Shown one piece after another: positions 13,735-26,055 of a stretch of 64,000 nucleotides of DNA; within the stretch, counting starts at the first letter, position 1, and the number at the start of each line of letters is the position of its first letter. Below the pieces are notes generated by a model. The model worked only from the letters and a program-made list of their open reading frames with translations, had not been told where the DNA came from and made no database searches. The stretch is taken from positions 11,098,001-11,162,000 of the forward strand of contig NC_042999.1 in assembly GCF_006345805.1 (NCBI RefSeq), written 5' to 3'. Position numbers and translations under genes: made by a program. Source of the stretch: Octopus sinensis (taxonomy: Eukaryota).

Positions 13735-13791
<57 letters not shown>

Positions 13792-13880
13792 AAGAAGTAG
13801 TAGTAGTGGTGGTGGTGGTGGTGGTGGTGGCGGCGGTGGTGGTGGTGGTGGTGGTGGTGGTGGTGGTGGTGGCGGTGGCA
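13735..13880. repeat. Compound (AGT)n(GGT)n microsatellite
   Basis: Direct inspection. Confidence 0.95.
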
Positions 13881-14041
13881 GCAGCATTTTCCCAGATATG
13901 AACTAACTAGATTAATTACAGTTAGATAGTATTAAGTTGCAAATTATCAAAAATATGGTAAATTCTGTGGAGCTGATTCTTATCATTGACTAACACCTTA
14001 CTGTGTATGTATGTATGCATGTATCTATGTATCAATATGCC

Positions 14042-14072
<31 letters not shown>

Positions 14073-14094
14073 GTATATATATATATATATATAT

Positions 14095-14480
14095 AGGTGC
14101 AGGAGTGGTTGTGTGGTAAGTAGCTTGCTTACCAACCACACAGTTCTTGGTTCAGTCCCACTGCGTGGCACCTTGAGCAAGTGTCTTCCTTTAAAGCCTC
14201 AGGCCAACCAAAGCCTTGTGAGTGGATTTGGTAGACAGAAACTGAAAGAAGCCCATTGTATATGTGTGTGTGTGTGTGTGTGTGTGCTTGTCCCCCCACC
14301 ATAGCTTGACAATCAATGTTGGTGTGTTTATGTCCCTGTAGCTTAGCAGTTTGGCAAAAAAGACCGATAGGATAAATACTAGGCTTACTAAGAATAAGTC
14401 CTGGACTCGATTTGTTTGACTAAAGGTGGTGCTCCAGCATGGCTGCAGTTAAATGACTGAAACAAATAAAAGAATAGAAG
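14095..14480 (+). mobile_element. Full-length tRNA-derived SINE, family A (~390 bp, internal TG microsatellite)
   Basis: Head ggtgcaggagtggttgtgtggtaagtagcttgc...ggttcagtcccactg (A and B boxes), CORE-like accttgagcaagtgtctt, tail ccagcatggctgcagttaaatgactgaaac. Confidence 0.85.
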
Positions 14481-14789
14481 AACAAAAGTATTTATATATA
14501 TATATATATATATATATACTTTCTCTCTCACTCTCTCCACACACACATATATATACACATATATATACATACATACACAAATGCATGCATCGATGATTAT
14601 GTGTGAGACTGAGAGCAAAATCTTTAAGAACACCTGACCAGTCAATTCTGATGGATTGCATCACTAATTTTCACCTAAATATTAATTAACCCAATTATCC
14701 ATAATTAACCAGATTAGCAAAGCTTCTCAAATATATTTCCTATGTTCACAAAACACAGTATTCAGTTACTTCATATAGAATTACTTTCA

Positions 14790-15840
14790 GCCAAATAACT
14801 AAGCAAATAGTTATAGTGCCGATGGTCTACCATACTTTGTTCAAATAACCAAGATGCTAATTATGATGACAATGGTTCACCATACTGTGTCCAAGTTATC
14901 AAATTGCTAATTATGGTCCCTCTGATCTACCATACCGTGTTCAAGTTATTAAATTGTTAGTTATTGCATCGCTGGTCTACCTTACTATTTCCAAATTAAC
15001 TAAATAGTTAATTATGGCGTCTGTTTTGTATTCCCTCCCACGAAAAAATATACGCTAAATGCAAAGGAGGAAGAATATCCTGGATCAATGTTGTCATCAC
15101 ATTTGACAAGCAATCATGAACAAACAAGTACGCAAGGTCCGCTATCCTGGGTCCAGATAATCAAGGTCCGCTATCCTGGGTCCAGATTATCAAGCAGTTA
15201 GTTATAATTCGATGACTGGCATCTGTGCTAGCGGGGTGCAAAAAAGCACCATACGAGTGTGATCGTTGACAGAGCGGCTAACCAGCTTCCGTGCCAGTGG
15301 CACGTAAAAGGGCACCATTCGAATGTGATCGTTACCAGTGTCGCTTTACTGGCACTTGAGCCTCGTGCTAGTTAGGGTGCAAAGAGCACCATCCGAGTGT
15401 GATCGTTGCCAGAGTAGCCAACTGGCTTCCATGCCGGTGGTACGTAAAAGGGTACCATTCAAGCATGATCGTTACCAACGTCACCTGACTGGCACCTGTG
15501 CCGGGGGCATGTGTAAAAAGATTCGAGCGAGGTCATTGCTAGTACCGCCTGACTGGCCCCCATGCCAGTGGCACATAAAAAGCACCCACTACACTCTCGG
15601 AGTGGTTGGCGTTAGGAAGGGCATCCAGCTGTAGAAACTCTACCAGATCTAGATTGGAGCTTGGTGCAGTCATCTGGTTCGCCAGCCCTCAGTCAAAATC
15701 ATCCAACCCATGCTAGCATGGAAAGTGGACGTTAAACAATGATGATGATGAGTTATGGTGTTACTGATCCACCATACTATGTTCAAGTTCTGAAGCAGGT
15801 AGTTACTGTTCCAATGGTCTTCCATACTACTATATCCCTG
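14790..15840. repeat. Diverged 50-bp minisatellite, interrupted by an RTE 3' end
   Basis: The unit anchor gg/atctaccatac recurs at 14824, 14874, 14924 and 14974 (period exactly 50). Related units occur at ~15135-15210 and ~15767-15830. Confidence 0.75.
15215..15750 (+). mobile_element. RTE-LINE 3' UTR, subfamily with a long internal tandem array
   Basis: Repeated gtgcc(a/g)gtggcacgtaaaagggcaccattcga..gtgatcgtt units, ggcgttaggaagggcatccagc, and a (GAT)n tail. The same subfamily is at 44000-44500. Confidence 0.8.
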
Positions 15841-16329
15841 ATCAAGACAATTTATTTTCCGATGGCTGAGTTCACTTCATTGTAAATAACTACTATTAAT
15901 AGTCAGACCTTTACTTCTGCAACCACCAACAACACTGTGTAATTAACATCGTTTTTGTTTTTGTTTTTTGTCTTGGCTTCTTTTTGTGTAGTTATTTGAC
16001 TTGCAGTGAGAGGATGTTGTGGTTGTTATCTGCAAGTTAAACCCCAATGTGTGTGTGTGTGTGTGTGTGGATGTGTATATATTTGTGTGTGTATGTGTAC
16101 ATTTACATGTGTGTATATGTATGTGTATGCATGTGTGTGTGTATCTATGCCTGTATATGTGTATATATGTGAATTTGTGTGTGTGTATGTATGCTTGTAC
16201 GTATGTGTAAATGACATGGCTTGTATAATGTTGAAATTTGTTTACATTTCTCATGGAATGTGAAGAGCAGAAGGCACACACATACACACATGTATATACA
16301 CACACATATATATATATATATAGAATATA

Positions 16330-16485
16330 TTACAAGCCAACAGGCTTGCACCAAATCCACTGACGAGGTTTTGGTCTGCTCAAACTTAGAGTGGAAGATA
16401 CTTGTCCAAGATGCCACACAACGGAACTGAACTTGAAAGCATGTGGTTGAGAGGCAAACTTCTCAACCACATGGCCATACCTGTT
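16330..16485 (-). mobile_element. SINE family A, 5' half
   Basis: atacttgtccaagatgccacacaacggaactgaacttgaaagcatgtggttgagaggcaaacttctcaaccacatggccatacctg is the reverse complement of the family A head. Confidence 0.7.
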
Positions 16486-16489
16486 TCAT

Positions 16490-17160
16490 ATCATCATCAT
16501 CATCATCATCGTTTAGCGTCCGCTTTCCATGCTAGCATGGGTTGGACGGGTCAACTGGGGTCTGGGAAGCTGGAAGGCTTCGTCAGGCCCAGTCAGATCT
16601 GGCAGTGTTTCTACGGCTGGATGCCCTTCCTAACGCCAACCACTCCGCGAGTGTAGTGGGTGTTTTTTACGTGCCACCTGCACAGGTGCCAGACAGAGCT
16701 GGCAAACGGCCACGAACGGATGGTGCTTTTACGTGCCACCGACACGGGGCCAGACAGAGCTGGCAAACGGCCACGAACGGACGGTGCTTTTACGTGTCAC
16801 CGGCACGGGGCCAGGCGAGGCTGGCAATGAACACGAACGGATGGTGCTTTTACGTGCCACCGACATGGGGCCAGGCAGAGCTGGCAGACGGCCACGAGCG
16901 AATGGTGCTTTTACGTATCACCGGCACGGGTGCCAGACGAGGCTGACAGCGGATACGAACGGATGGGTCACTTAACCCCTGCTTTCTAATATATGATTTG
17001 ATTTTGATTGTTCTCACTGGTTTTGCCGGGTCTTCTCACGCACAGCATACTTCCATAGGTCTCGGTCTCTGGTCATTTCCTTGAGGAGACCTAGAGTTCG
17101 AAGGTCGTGCTTCACCACCTCGACCCAGGTTTTCCTGGGTCTACCTCTTCCACAGGTCCC
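16490..17160 (-). mobile_element. 5'-truncated RTE-clade LINE (ORF2 C-terminus, 3' UTR with about five 60-61-bp repeats, (GAT)n tail)
   Basis: Minus-strand translation of ~17030-17157 gives CGRGRPRKTWVEVVKHDLRTLGLLKEMTRDRDLWKYAVREKTR, homologous to the C-terminus at 37602-37796. Repeat anchors ggtgctttt at 16722, 16783, 16843 and 16904. Confidence 0.88.
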
Positions 17161-17239
17161 CTCGCTCAGAGATTTATTATTGTTATCGAACAGATTTTCG
17201 ACGCCAGTGACTGTGTTTACTGTGAAAATCTATATATTT

Positions 17240-17370
17240 CTAGCCTGTAGAGGAAGTCCCTCAATGAAGAACGGTGCTTGCCATGCGCTGACGAGAGGCG
17301 ACCACCTCGAAACCGGTCCGTGTGTAGCATCCGTATCTTCGGGGAGGCTGATCTCCCTTTACAGGCTAGC
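17240..17370 (+). ncRNA. Type I (minimal) hammerhead ribozyme within a long hairpin
   Basis: Core CTGACGA (17288-17294); stem II GAGG/CCTC (17295-98/17305-08) with loop CGACCA; GAAA (17309-12); palindromic stem III ACCGGT (17312-17); cleavage triplet GTC (17316-18). Stem I is CATGCG (17282-87) with CGTGTG (17319-24), extended by further helices out to 17240/17369. Confidence 0.85.
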
Positions 17371-17539
17371 AAGGACACCGTGATGGTGTCGGCTCTTCTG
17401 GTGACGTCTATAGTCGCCTGGGGCTAAATGCATCAGTAACACCCCCACCACCCCGTCCTGTCCCTAGCCACATTCAGATGGCTGATCCCGCTTATATTAT
17501 ATAATATATATATATTATCTATTATATATATATATATAA

Positions 17540-17580
<41 letters not shown>

Positions 17581-17669
17581 TATTATGTATGATATATATA
17601 TATTATATATATATGTATGTTATTATATATAGATATATATATATATACCTATATATATATATATATATA

Positions 17670-17965
17670 TCATCATCATCATCATCATCGTTTAACATCC
17701 GCTTTCCATGCTAGCATGGGTTGGACGTTCAACTGGGGTCTGGCAAGCCCGAAGGCTGCACCAGGCCAGTCAGATCTGGCAGTGTTTCTACAGCTGGATG
17801 CCCTTCCTAACGCCAACCACTCCGAGAGTGTAGTGGGTGATTTTATGTATGTGCCACCGACACAGGTGCCAGACGAGGCTGGCAGACGGCCACGCTCAGA
17901 TGGTGTTTTTTATGTGCCACCGACACAGGTGCCAGACGAGCTGGCAGACGGCCACGCTCGGATGG
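17670..17965 (-). mobile_element. RTE-LINE 3' UTR
   Basis: (CAT)n, tttaacatccgctttccatgctagcatgggttgga, ggatgcccttcctaacgccaaccactcc, and two ~60-bp units. Confidence 0.82.
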
Positions 17966-17984
17966 TGTATTCATATATATATAT

Positions 17985-18022
<38 letters not shown>

Positions 18023-18029
18023 TATATCC

Positions 18030-18092
<63 letters not shown>

Positions 18093-18096
18093 TATA

Positions 18097-18154
<58 letters not shown>

Positions 18155-18164
18155 ATATATATAT

Positions 18165-19713
18165 ACAGTTGCTTCCTTGCAACTGGCAAACTTCCAAGAA
18201 AACTGAAGGAAGGTAAAATATGCCCTATTCATAAAGGAGGTAGCAGAGCGGAGGCCAAGAACTACAGACCTATCTCTCTGACCTCACACATCAGCAAGGT
18301 CATGGAACGAATAGTCAGAAGGAAACTAATCGCCTTCCTTGAAGAAAATGACTTGTTGTCTGACACCCAACATGGTTTCCGACCAGGAAGAAGCTGCTTA
18401 ACTCAGCTCCTACAACACTATGATTGGGTGTTGGAACGACTGCTCAACCACTCAAATGTGGAAGTGATATATCTCGACTTTGCAAAGGCCTTTGATAAAG
18501 TCGATCATGGAATGATATGTCACAAACTGCGTGATCTTGGCATAAATTGGGAAAATGACTTTATGACTTTCTGATGGATAGAAGCCAGGTGGTAGTAGCC
18601 AATGGGGCCACCTCCAATAACACGCAAATAGTGAGCAGTGTTCCGCAAGGCACTGTTTTGGGACCACTACTGTTTATAATGGCCCTCTCAGACATGCCCT
18701 CAGCCACAATCACAAGTTATGCAGATGATACAAAAGTTTCACAGGCAATACAGAACCCCGAAGACACTATGCACTTGCAATGTGGGCTGGACGAAATATA
18801 CAAGTGGGCTGAAAAGAATAGCATACAGTTCAATGCTGAAAAGTTTCAAGCTTTAAGCTATCAGCATGCAAAACTAAATGCAATACCCAATAAATACACT
18901 GGACCTGGAGGGATTGCAATCCCAGAGGCACAATCAGTGCGAGACCTGGGTATTTACATGAGTGATGATGCAACCTTTCATGTGCATGTTGCTAAATTGG
19001 CAATGAAATGCAGGCGGCTGACCGGATGGATTCTTAGAGCCTTTAGAACAAGAGACCAGGAAACCATGATGGTCCTCTGGAGGACACTTGTCCTAAGCCA
19101 CTTTGGCTATTGCTCTCAGCTATGGTCACCATCCAGTGTCAAGTTAATCACAGAACTTGAGGCGATCCAACGAAGCTACACGAAGAAGATAGCCTCTGTG
19201 CAGCATATAAGCTTTTGGGAAAGACTCAAGAGATTAAAATTATATTCTCTGGAGCATAGGTGAGAAAGATATGCCATAATATACATCTGGAAGATTCTGG
19301 AAGGACTTGTCCCAAACTTTGGCATCGGGAGTTACACAAATACTAGGACTGGGCGCCACTTCATAGTGCCAAGGACTCCAAATTTTCCATCAAGATGTAG
19401 GACAAGATACTGTGATAGCCTGGACTTCAGAGGCCCACAGCTCTTCAATATCCTCCTGAAGAACCTGAGAGACCTGCATGGGGTGGATGCAGATGTCTTT
19501 AAAATGAAACTGGATCTCTTCCTGTCAGGTGTCCCAGATGAACCAACTTCACGGCAGGAGGTGCAGATGAGGGTAGGTGCATTGAACTCTCTCATGCACC
19601 AAATGGCAATTGCTAAAAGCATTCATGAAGTAAAATCATGTAGCAACACCAAATGGCGGTGCCCCAGCATGGCCACAGCTCGTGAGCTGAAACTAGATAA
19701 AATATAAAAATAA
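18165..19713 (+). mobile_element. 5'-truncated CR1-clade LINE, reverse transcriptase pseudogene
   Basis: [30 protein letters not shown]...QHGFRPGRSCLTQLL...YLDFAKAFDKVDH; frameshift near 18550-18575; VPQGTVLGPLLF; YADD at 18718-18729; RDLGIYM; stop at 19261-19263; GPQLFNIL...KLDLFLSGVPDEP. Flanked by (TA)n on both sides. Confidence 0.93.
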
Positions 19714-19755
19714 ATATATATATACACATATATATATAGGTATATATATATATAG

Positions 19756-19823
<68 letters not shown>

Positions 19824-20209
19824 TGGGAGTTCACATCCCAGTAAAATAAGTTCCTCGTATGGAGCCCTAGGAGTAGAAACCATTCCAAACCAGACCGGAA
19901 CCTGGTACAGCTCTCTAGTTTACCAATCCTAGTCAAACTGTTCAACCCATGCCAGCATGGAAAATGGATACTAAATGATGATGATGATGATGGTGATGAT
20001 GCTGATGGTGATGGTGATGGTGATATATGTCATTTTAATCCACTTTTCAGTTTCCATAGAAACAAGGCAAAACAAAATATAATTGCAAGCTTTCCTTATT
20101 AGAAAGCAAGCAAATATTCAACAAGATTGAGAGAAAATACTGAAAAAAGCAAAAAAAAGCAACTGAATCCGGGTTTATTTTTAATGAAAATATTCTAAGC
20201 TCTTTCCTC

Positions 20210-20575
20210 TTGTGTGTTCTACTTGTTTCAGTCATTAGACTACAGCCATATTTGGAGAAGTTTTAGATGAATGACTTGACTCCAGGACTTATTTCTTTTT
20301 TTAAGACTGGTACATATTCTATCAGTCTCTTTTGCCAAACTGCTAAGTTATGGGGACATATACATATCAACACCAGTGATAAAGCAGTGAGGAGCACTAA
20401 CACACACACACATGATGGGCTTCCTTCAGTTTCCTCCTACCAGATCCACTCACAAGGCTTTGGTCAGCTTGAGGTCCTAGTAAGAAGACACTTGCCCAAG
20501 GTGCCATGTAGTGGGACTGAACCCGGAACCATGTGGTTGAGAAGCAAGCTTCTTTACCACACAGCCAAGCCTAAT
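20210..20575 (-). mobile_element. Full-length SINE family A
   Basis: Runs from tacttgtttcagtcatt (tail) to gacacttgcccaaggtgccatgtagtgggactgaacccggaaccatgtggttg (head), reverse orientation. Confidence 0.82.
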
Positions 20576-20929
20576 CCTATATCCTTTATTTTTGTATCTT
20601 TTACTTGTTTCAGTCATGAGACTGTGGCCATGCAGGAGCACCACCTTGGACAAAAATGCTTAAGATAATTCTAAAGATTCTGTGGAAAGAGGAAAATAAT
20701 TTTTGTTAAAATAACTTTTAACAAATGAAAATTAAAGAAGAGAAAAAACTGGTATTTTGGTTGTGGGTTAAATTTCAGTTGAAAAGAGAAATATTCTGAT
20801 ATTTTTCTGGAGGTTTTAGGATTCAAAGATGTGGAAGCATTAGTTCTCTTTATTGTATTGGTTTTTTACACAACAATTTGTTGGTCACAGATTCCATATG
20901 GGTCAATGACTGCTCTTCTATAGTTCTAA

Positions 20930-21135
20930 TGTTTGTATGTGTGTATGTATGTGTGTGTGTATGCTTGCATGTATGTATGTATATGTGTATGCATGTATGC
21001 ATTATGTATGTATATATGTATATACGCCTGTGTCTATGTATGTGTGTATGCATGCATGTATGTATGTATGTATGTATGTATGTATGTATGCATGTATGTA
21101 TATATGTATGTATGTATGTGTGTATGCTTGCATGT

Positions 21136-21174
<39 letters not shown>

Positions 21175-21175
21175 T
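20930..21175. repeat. (TATG)n/(TG)n microsatellite
   Basis: Direct inspection. Confidence 0.95.
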
Positions 21176-22836
21176 ACAATGGACTTCACTATTTCCACCA
21201 AACACATTCTTCACACAAAGCATTGTTCACTTTGGAACCATGATAAAAGACACTTGCCCAAAGTTCTGCAGAACAGGTTTGAACCTGCAATCTCATGGTC
21301 ACCAACAGAACTTCTTAATCCCACAGCATTGCCGCTGCCTTTGAGGCTAAACTAAGCTTAATGGCTTTCGAACTAAGAGCAGCATGTTTGTAGAGATGCT
21401 ACAGTAAAGGAGTCCAATGATCTCTGGTCATACCTGGCTTCAGTTCTCTTTAATATGAAATGATGTACACCAGGTGAAAAGGGAGCCTTCCCACCAAATT
21501 AAACCTGTCGTACATTCAATGTTATACCATTGGCTCTGAATGCTTCAACCAGCAGAAATAAACACCATAAGGAATGGCAATGTCTGCAACATTGTCTTCA
21601 ATCAGAAGAATATCTTCTGTGACATGATATGCAGATCATCGGCAACAATAACAAAAATAAACAAATATAATTACAACAATTCTACCAAGAAGCACTTCAT
21701 CATAATCATCACCACTACTACCACCATCATCATCATCATCATCATCATCATCATTGCTTATTGTCCATGTTGTATGCTGCCAAGGGTTGGACAGTTTGAC
21801 AGGATCCAGTGGGTCCAAAGACTGTATCGTGTTCCTGTGTTGGCTTCGGCTTGGTTCTATGGTTGGATGCCATTCCTAACATCAGCCACTTTGCAGCATG
21901 TTCTGGGTACTTTTGAAATGGCAGCAGCACTACTAAAATTGCCATGCAGCCTGCAAGACTAAAATCCCCTTCAAGTGAGTAAGGTTACAATAGAAAGAGA
22001 GGTGCTTTGGAAGAAGGGGTTAAAGTGAGAGAAGGATCCAAAATGGAAAAGGGTCTACAGCCCCTCACACTGCAGTTGAATTCAATGTTGACAAACAACT
22101 GCAACAAAACTAATGCGAAAAACAAAAATCAAAAATAACTCCTGTTGTTTTAAGAATATATTAAACGAATAAAGCGTCACAAAAACAAGAACCACTTCTC
22201 TTAGCATTACCCACTTCCTGGTTGCAGATTCTAAAGAAAACTCAGTCCAGCTAATAAAGGTTGTAGGGTGAAGTGAATTCTTTCTTTCTCTTCAGGATCT
22301 TTGTGGTGATATCTCTCAGGGAGATCAAGTTTTGCAAAAGATGTTTGAAAACAACAGAACTAAGAATAAAAATTGTTTGCTAAAAATAATTAGATTGTTT
22401 TCATGAGATAAAGAAGGGAAAGAAAATGAATATGGCTAATTAAAGACAAAGAATATGAAAGGAAGAAAAATATTGATGTATATTCTGAAAAGCATAATGC
22501 CATACAACATCACTGACAACAGAATGAGAAATTATGTCTTTTAGAATATGAAGAAAGCAAAAACAACAAACCATTCGCTCAACTTGCTCTCCAATAGAAT
22601 AGCATTCTGTTGGAAATGGTAGTTAGTATCACAGACAGCAATTTCTGGTTGAATAGACGATCAACAGAAAAGTCCTTTAAGTGAATTAGGATCCAATAAT
22701 AAACTAGATGCTTGTAAATGCGGTTTATTTACTGGCATCACATTAACTATGGTTCCACTGAATGCTGTCTACTGTTGAAAGAAAATACAAAAGATAGGAA
22801 ATAGAAAGGAACAAGAAATAAAGGAGATATGGCACT

Positions 22837-22887
<51 letters not shown>

Positions 22888-22944
22888 TAATAATAATAAT
22901 AATGACTATGATGGCGATGATGATGATGATGATTTCAAATTTGA

Positions 22945-23125
22945 GCACAAGGCCAGCAATTTCAGGGAGGGGATGAGTCAATTACATCAACCCCAGTATG
23001 CAACTGGTACTTATTTTATCGACCCTGAAAGGGTGAAAGGCAAAGTCGACTTTGGCAGAATTTGAACTCAGAATGTAAAGATGGACAAAATGCTGCTAAG
23101 CATCTTGTTCAGCATGCTAACGTTT
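22945..23125 (-). mobile_element. SINE family B
   Basis: ctggtacttattttatcgaccctgaaagggtgaaaggcaaagtcgactttggcagaatttgaactcagaatg...gcatgctaacg. Lies between two (TAA)n runs. Confidence 0.8.
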
Positions 23126-23141
23126 CTGCCAACTCACTACC

Positions 23142-23215
<74 letters not shown>

Positions 23216-23216
23216 C

Positions 23217-24551
23217 AACATAATAATAAACAAAATAATAATAATAATGACAACAATGATGCTGAGGATGATGATGAAGAACATGATGAAAATAAAGTCG
23301 AAACAAATGCAGCGTATGATATAGTGTCATCGTTTGTTTTAACTTCCACTTCTCTTGCTTGCATGGGTCAGAAGGAATTTGTCGAGTGAGATTTTCTACA
23401 GCTTCATGTCTTTCCTTTTGCCAATCCTCACCTGTTTCCAATTAAGGTAATATTTTCCCATGGCCAGACATGTTTTTTTTTTAAAAAAAACACTGAAAAT
23501 GAACAACACTGCATGTATGAGGGTGAAACTCGTTTACAACCATCACACGATGCCAAGATAAGAGCACACACAAACACTCGCACACATACATATACACACG
23601 CATATACATGTGCGTGTGTGTACATGCGTGCATTTGTGCGTGTGTGTGCGTATGTGTATGCAGCTTCACTATGGTTGACATCATCATTGTTACCTCTACC
23701 ACTACCACCACCACCACCTTCATCATCAATGCCCACATCATCATCACCATCATCATCATCATCATCAAGCGTTGCTGACACTTCATATTTGTTGAGTCTG
23801 GCTATCAACATCAGCTGACCCGGGACATGAACTCAAGACTGGGCTCTGTCCCCTCTTCCTCTGTCCGTCTCTCCACGTGCTTCTTGGAACTGTCTCCTTT
23901 TACACAAATCTGACCAGACACATCTGTCGCGAATGATGTCATCACTCAAATGACCAGCAATCGCTTGTACAGAATTTTGTGATTGGTGGACACTACAAGC
24001 ACCGGAGTCGAATCAGTGTATAGACCTGCTACTGGAGTCTTCATTGGTGTATCTTGGAGGAGAAACACCTGCAGGAGTGGAACTGCATGGGACACATCGC
24101 AGCATTTACAACCAAAGGAAACAAAAATAAGGTGGGAAAAAAAAAATCATGAGACAGCAGGGTCAAGAATATTCAAATATTCAGCTTGTAGAAGATGCTG
24201 TCACGGGGCTGGCATCAGACCTCCTCCAAATAGTCTTAGAACCATCAACACAACGCTGATAGAATATCAGCAGTCCTTGTCCGAACCATCATGGCATGTG
24301 TCTTCATAAACATCAGCAGCAGCAGCATCATTCTCCTCCTTCTCCTCCCTCCCCTCTCCTCTCCTCCACTCTCCTCTCCTCCAATCTCCTCTCCTCCCCC
24401 TCCCCCTTTCCTCCTCTTCCTCATTATCATTGCCATCATTGTTGTCATAGTTCTTGTTGTTGTTGTCGTTGTCAACGTCATTATTATTAACAATTACAGT
24501 AACAGCAACTAATTATATAATAGTAATAATGACATAATAATCATTATATGA

Positions 24552-24583
<32 letters not shown>

Positions 24584-24677
24584 TAATAATAATAATAATA
24601 ATTTATAATAATAATAATAATAATAATTAATAATAATATTAATAATATATAATAATAATAATAATAATATAATAATA

Positions 24678-24716
<39 letters not shown>

Positions 24717-26055
24717 CATCAACATAATAATACCAATTAATAATAATGACAACAATGATGCTGAGGAGATGATGAAGAACATGATGAAAATAACGTCGAA
24801 ACAAATGCAGCGTATGATATAGTGTCATCGTTTGTTTTAACTTCCACTTCTCTTGCTTGCATGGGTCAGAAGGAATTTGTCGAGTGAGATTTTCTACAGC
24901 TTCATGTCTTTCCTTTTGCCAATCCTCACCTGTTTCCATTAAGGTAATATTTTCCCATGGCCAGAATTTTTTTTTTAAAAAAAACACTGAAAATGAACAA
25001 CACTGCATGTATGAGGGTGAAACTCGTTTACAACCATCACACGATGCCAAGATAAGAGCACACACAACACTCGCACACATACATATACACACGCATATAC
25101 AGTGTCGTGTGTGTACAAGCGTGCATTTGTGCGTTTGTGTTGCGTATTTGTATGCAGCTTCACTATGGTTGACATCATCATTGTTACCTCTACCACTACC
25201 ACCACCACCACCTTCATCATCAATGCCCACATCATCATCACCATCATCATCATCATCATCAAGCGTTGCTGACACTTCATATTTGTTGAGTCTGGCTATC
25301 AACATCAGCTGACCCGGGACATGAACTCAAGACTGGGCTCTGTCCCCTCTTCCTCTGTCCGTCTCTCCACGTGCTTCTTGGAACTGTCTCCTTTTACAAC
25401 AAATCTGACCAGACACATCTGTCGCGAATGATGTCATCACTCAAATGACCAGCAATCGCTTGTACAGAATTTTGTGATTGGTGGACACTACAAGCACCGG
25501 AGTCGAATCAGTGTATAGACCTGCTACTGGAGTCTTCATTGGTGTATCTTGGAGGAGAAACACCTGCAGGAGTGGAACTGCATGGGACACATCGCAGCAT
25601 TTACAACCAAAGGAAACAAAAATAAGGTGGGAAAAAAAAAATCATGAGACAGCAGGGTCAAGAATATTCAAATATTCAGCTTGTAGAAGATGCTGTCACG
25701 GGGCTGGCATCAGACCTCCTCCAAATAGTCTTAGAACCATCAACACAACGCTGATAGAATATCAGCAGTCCTTGTCCGAACCATCATGGCATGTGTCTTC
25801 ATAAACATCAGCAGCAGCAGCAGCAGCATCATTCTCCTCCTTCTCCTCCCTCCCCTCTCCTCTCCTCCACTCTCCTCTCCTCCAATCTCCTCTCCTCCCC
25901 CTCCCCCTTTCCTCCTCTTCCTCATTATCATTGCCATCATTGTTGTCATAGTTCTTGTTGTTGTTGTCGTTGTCAACGTCATTATTATTAACAATTACAG
26001 TAACAGCAACAATAATTATAATAATAGTAATAATGACATAATAATCATTATTATG

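Noticed and set aside
14790-16965. CRISPR-like appearance of the 50-bp and 60-bp regularly spaced repeats
   Set aside because: Whole units are homologous with no unique spacers, there are no cas genes, and the context is eukaryotic.
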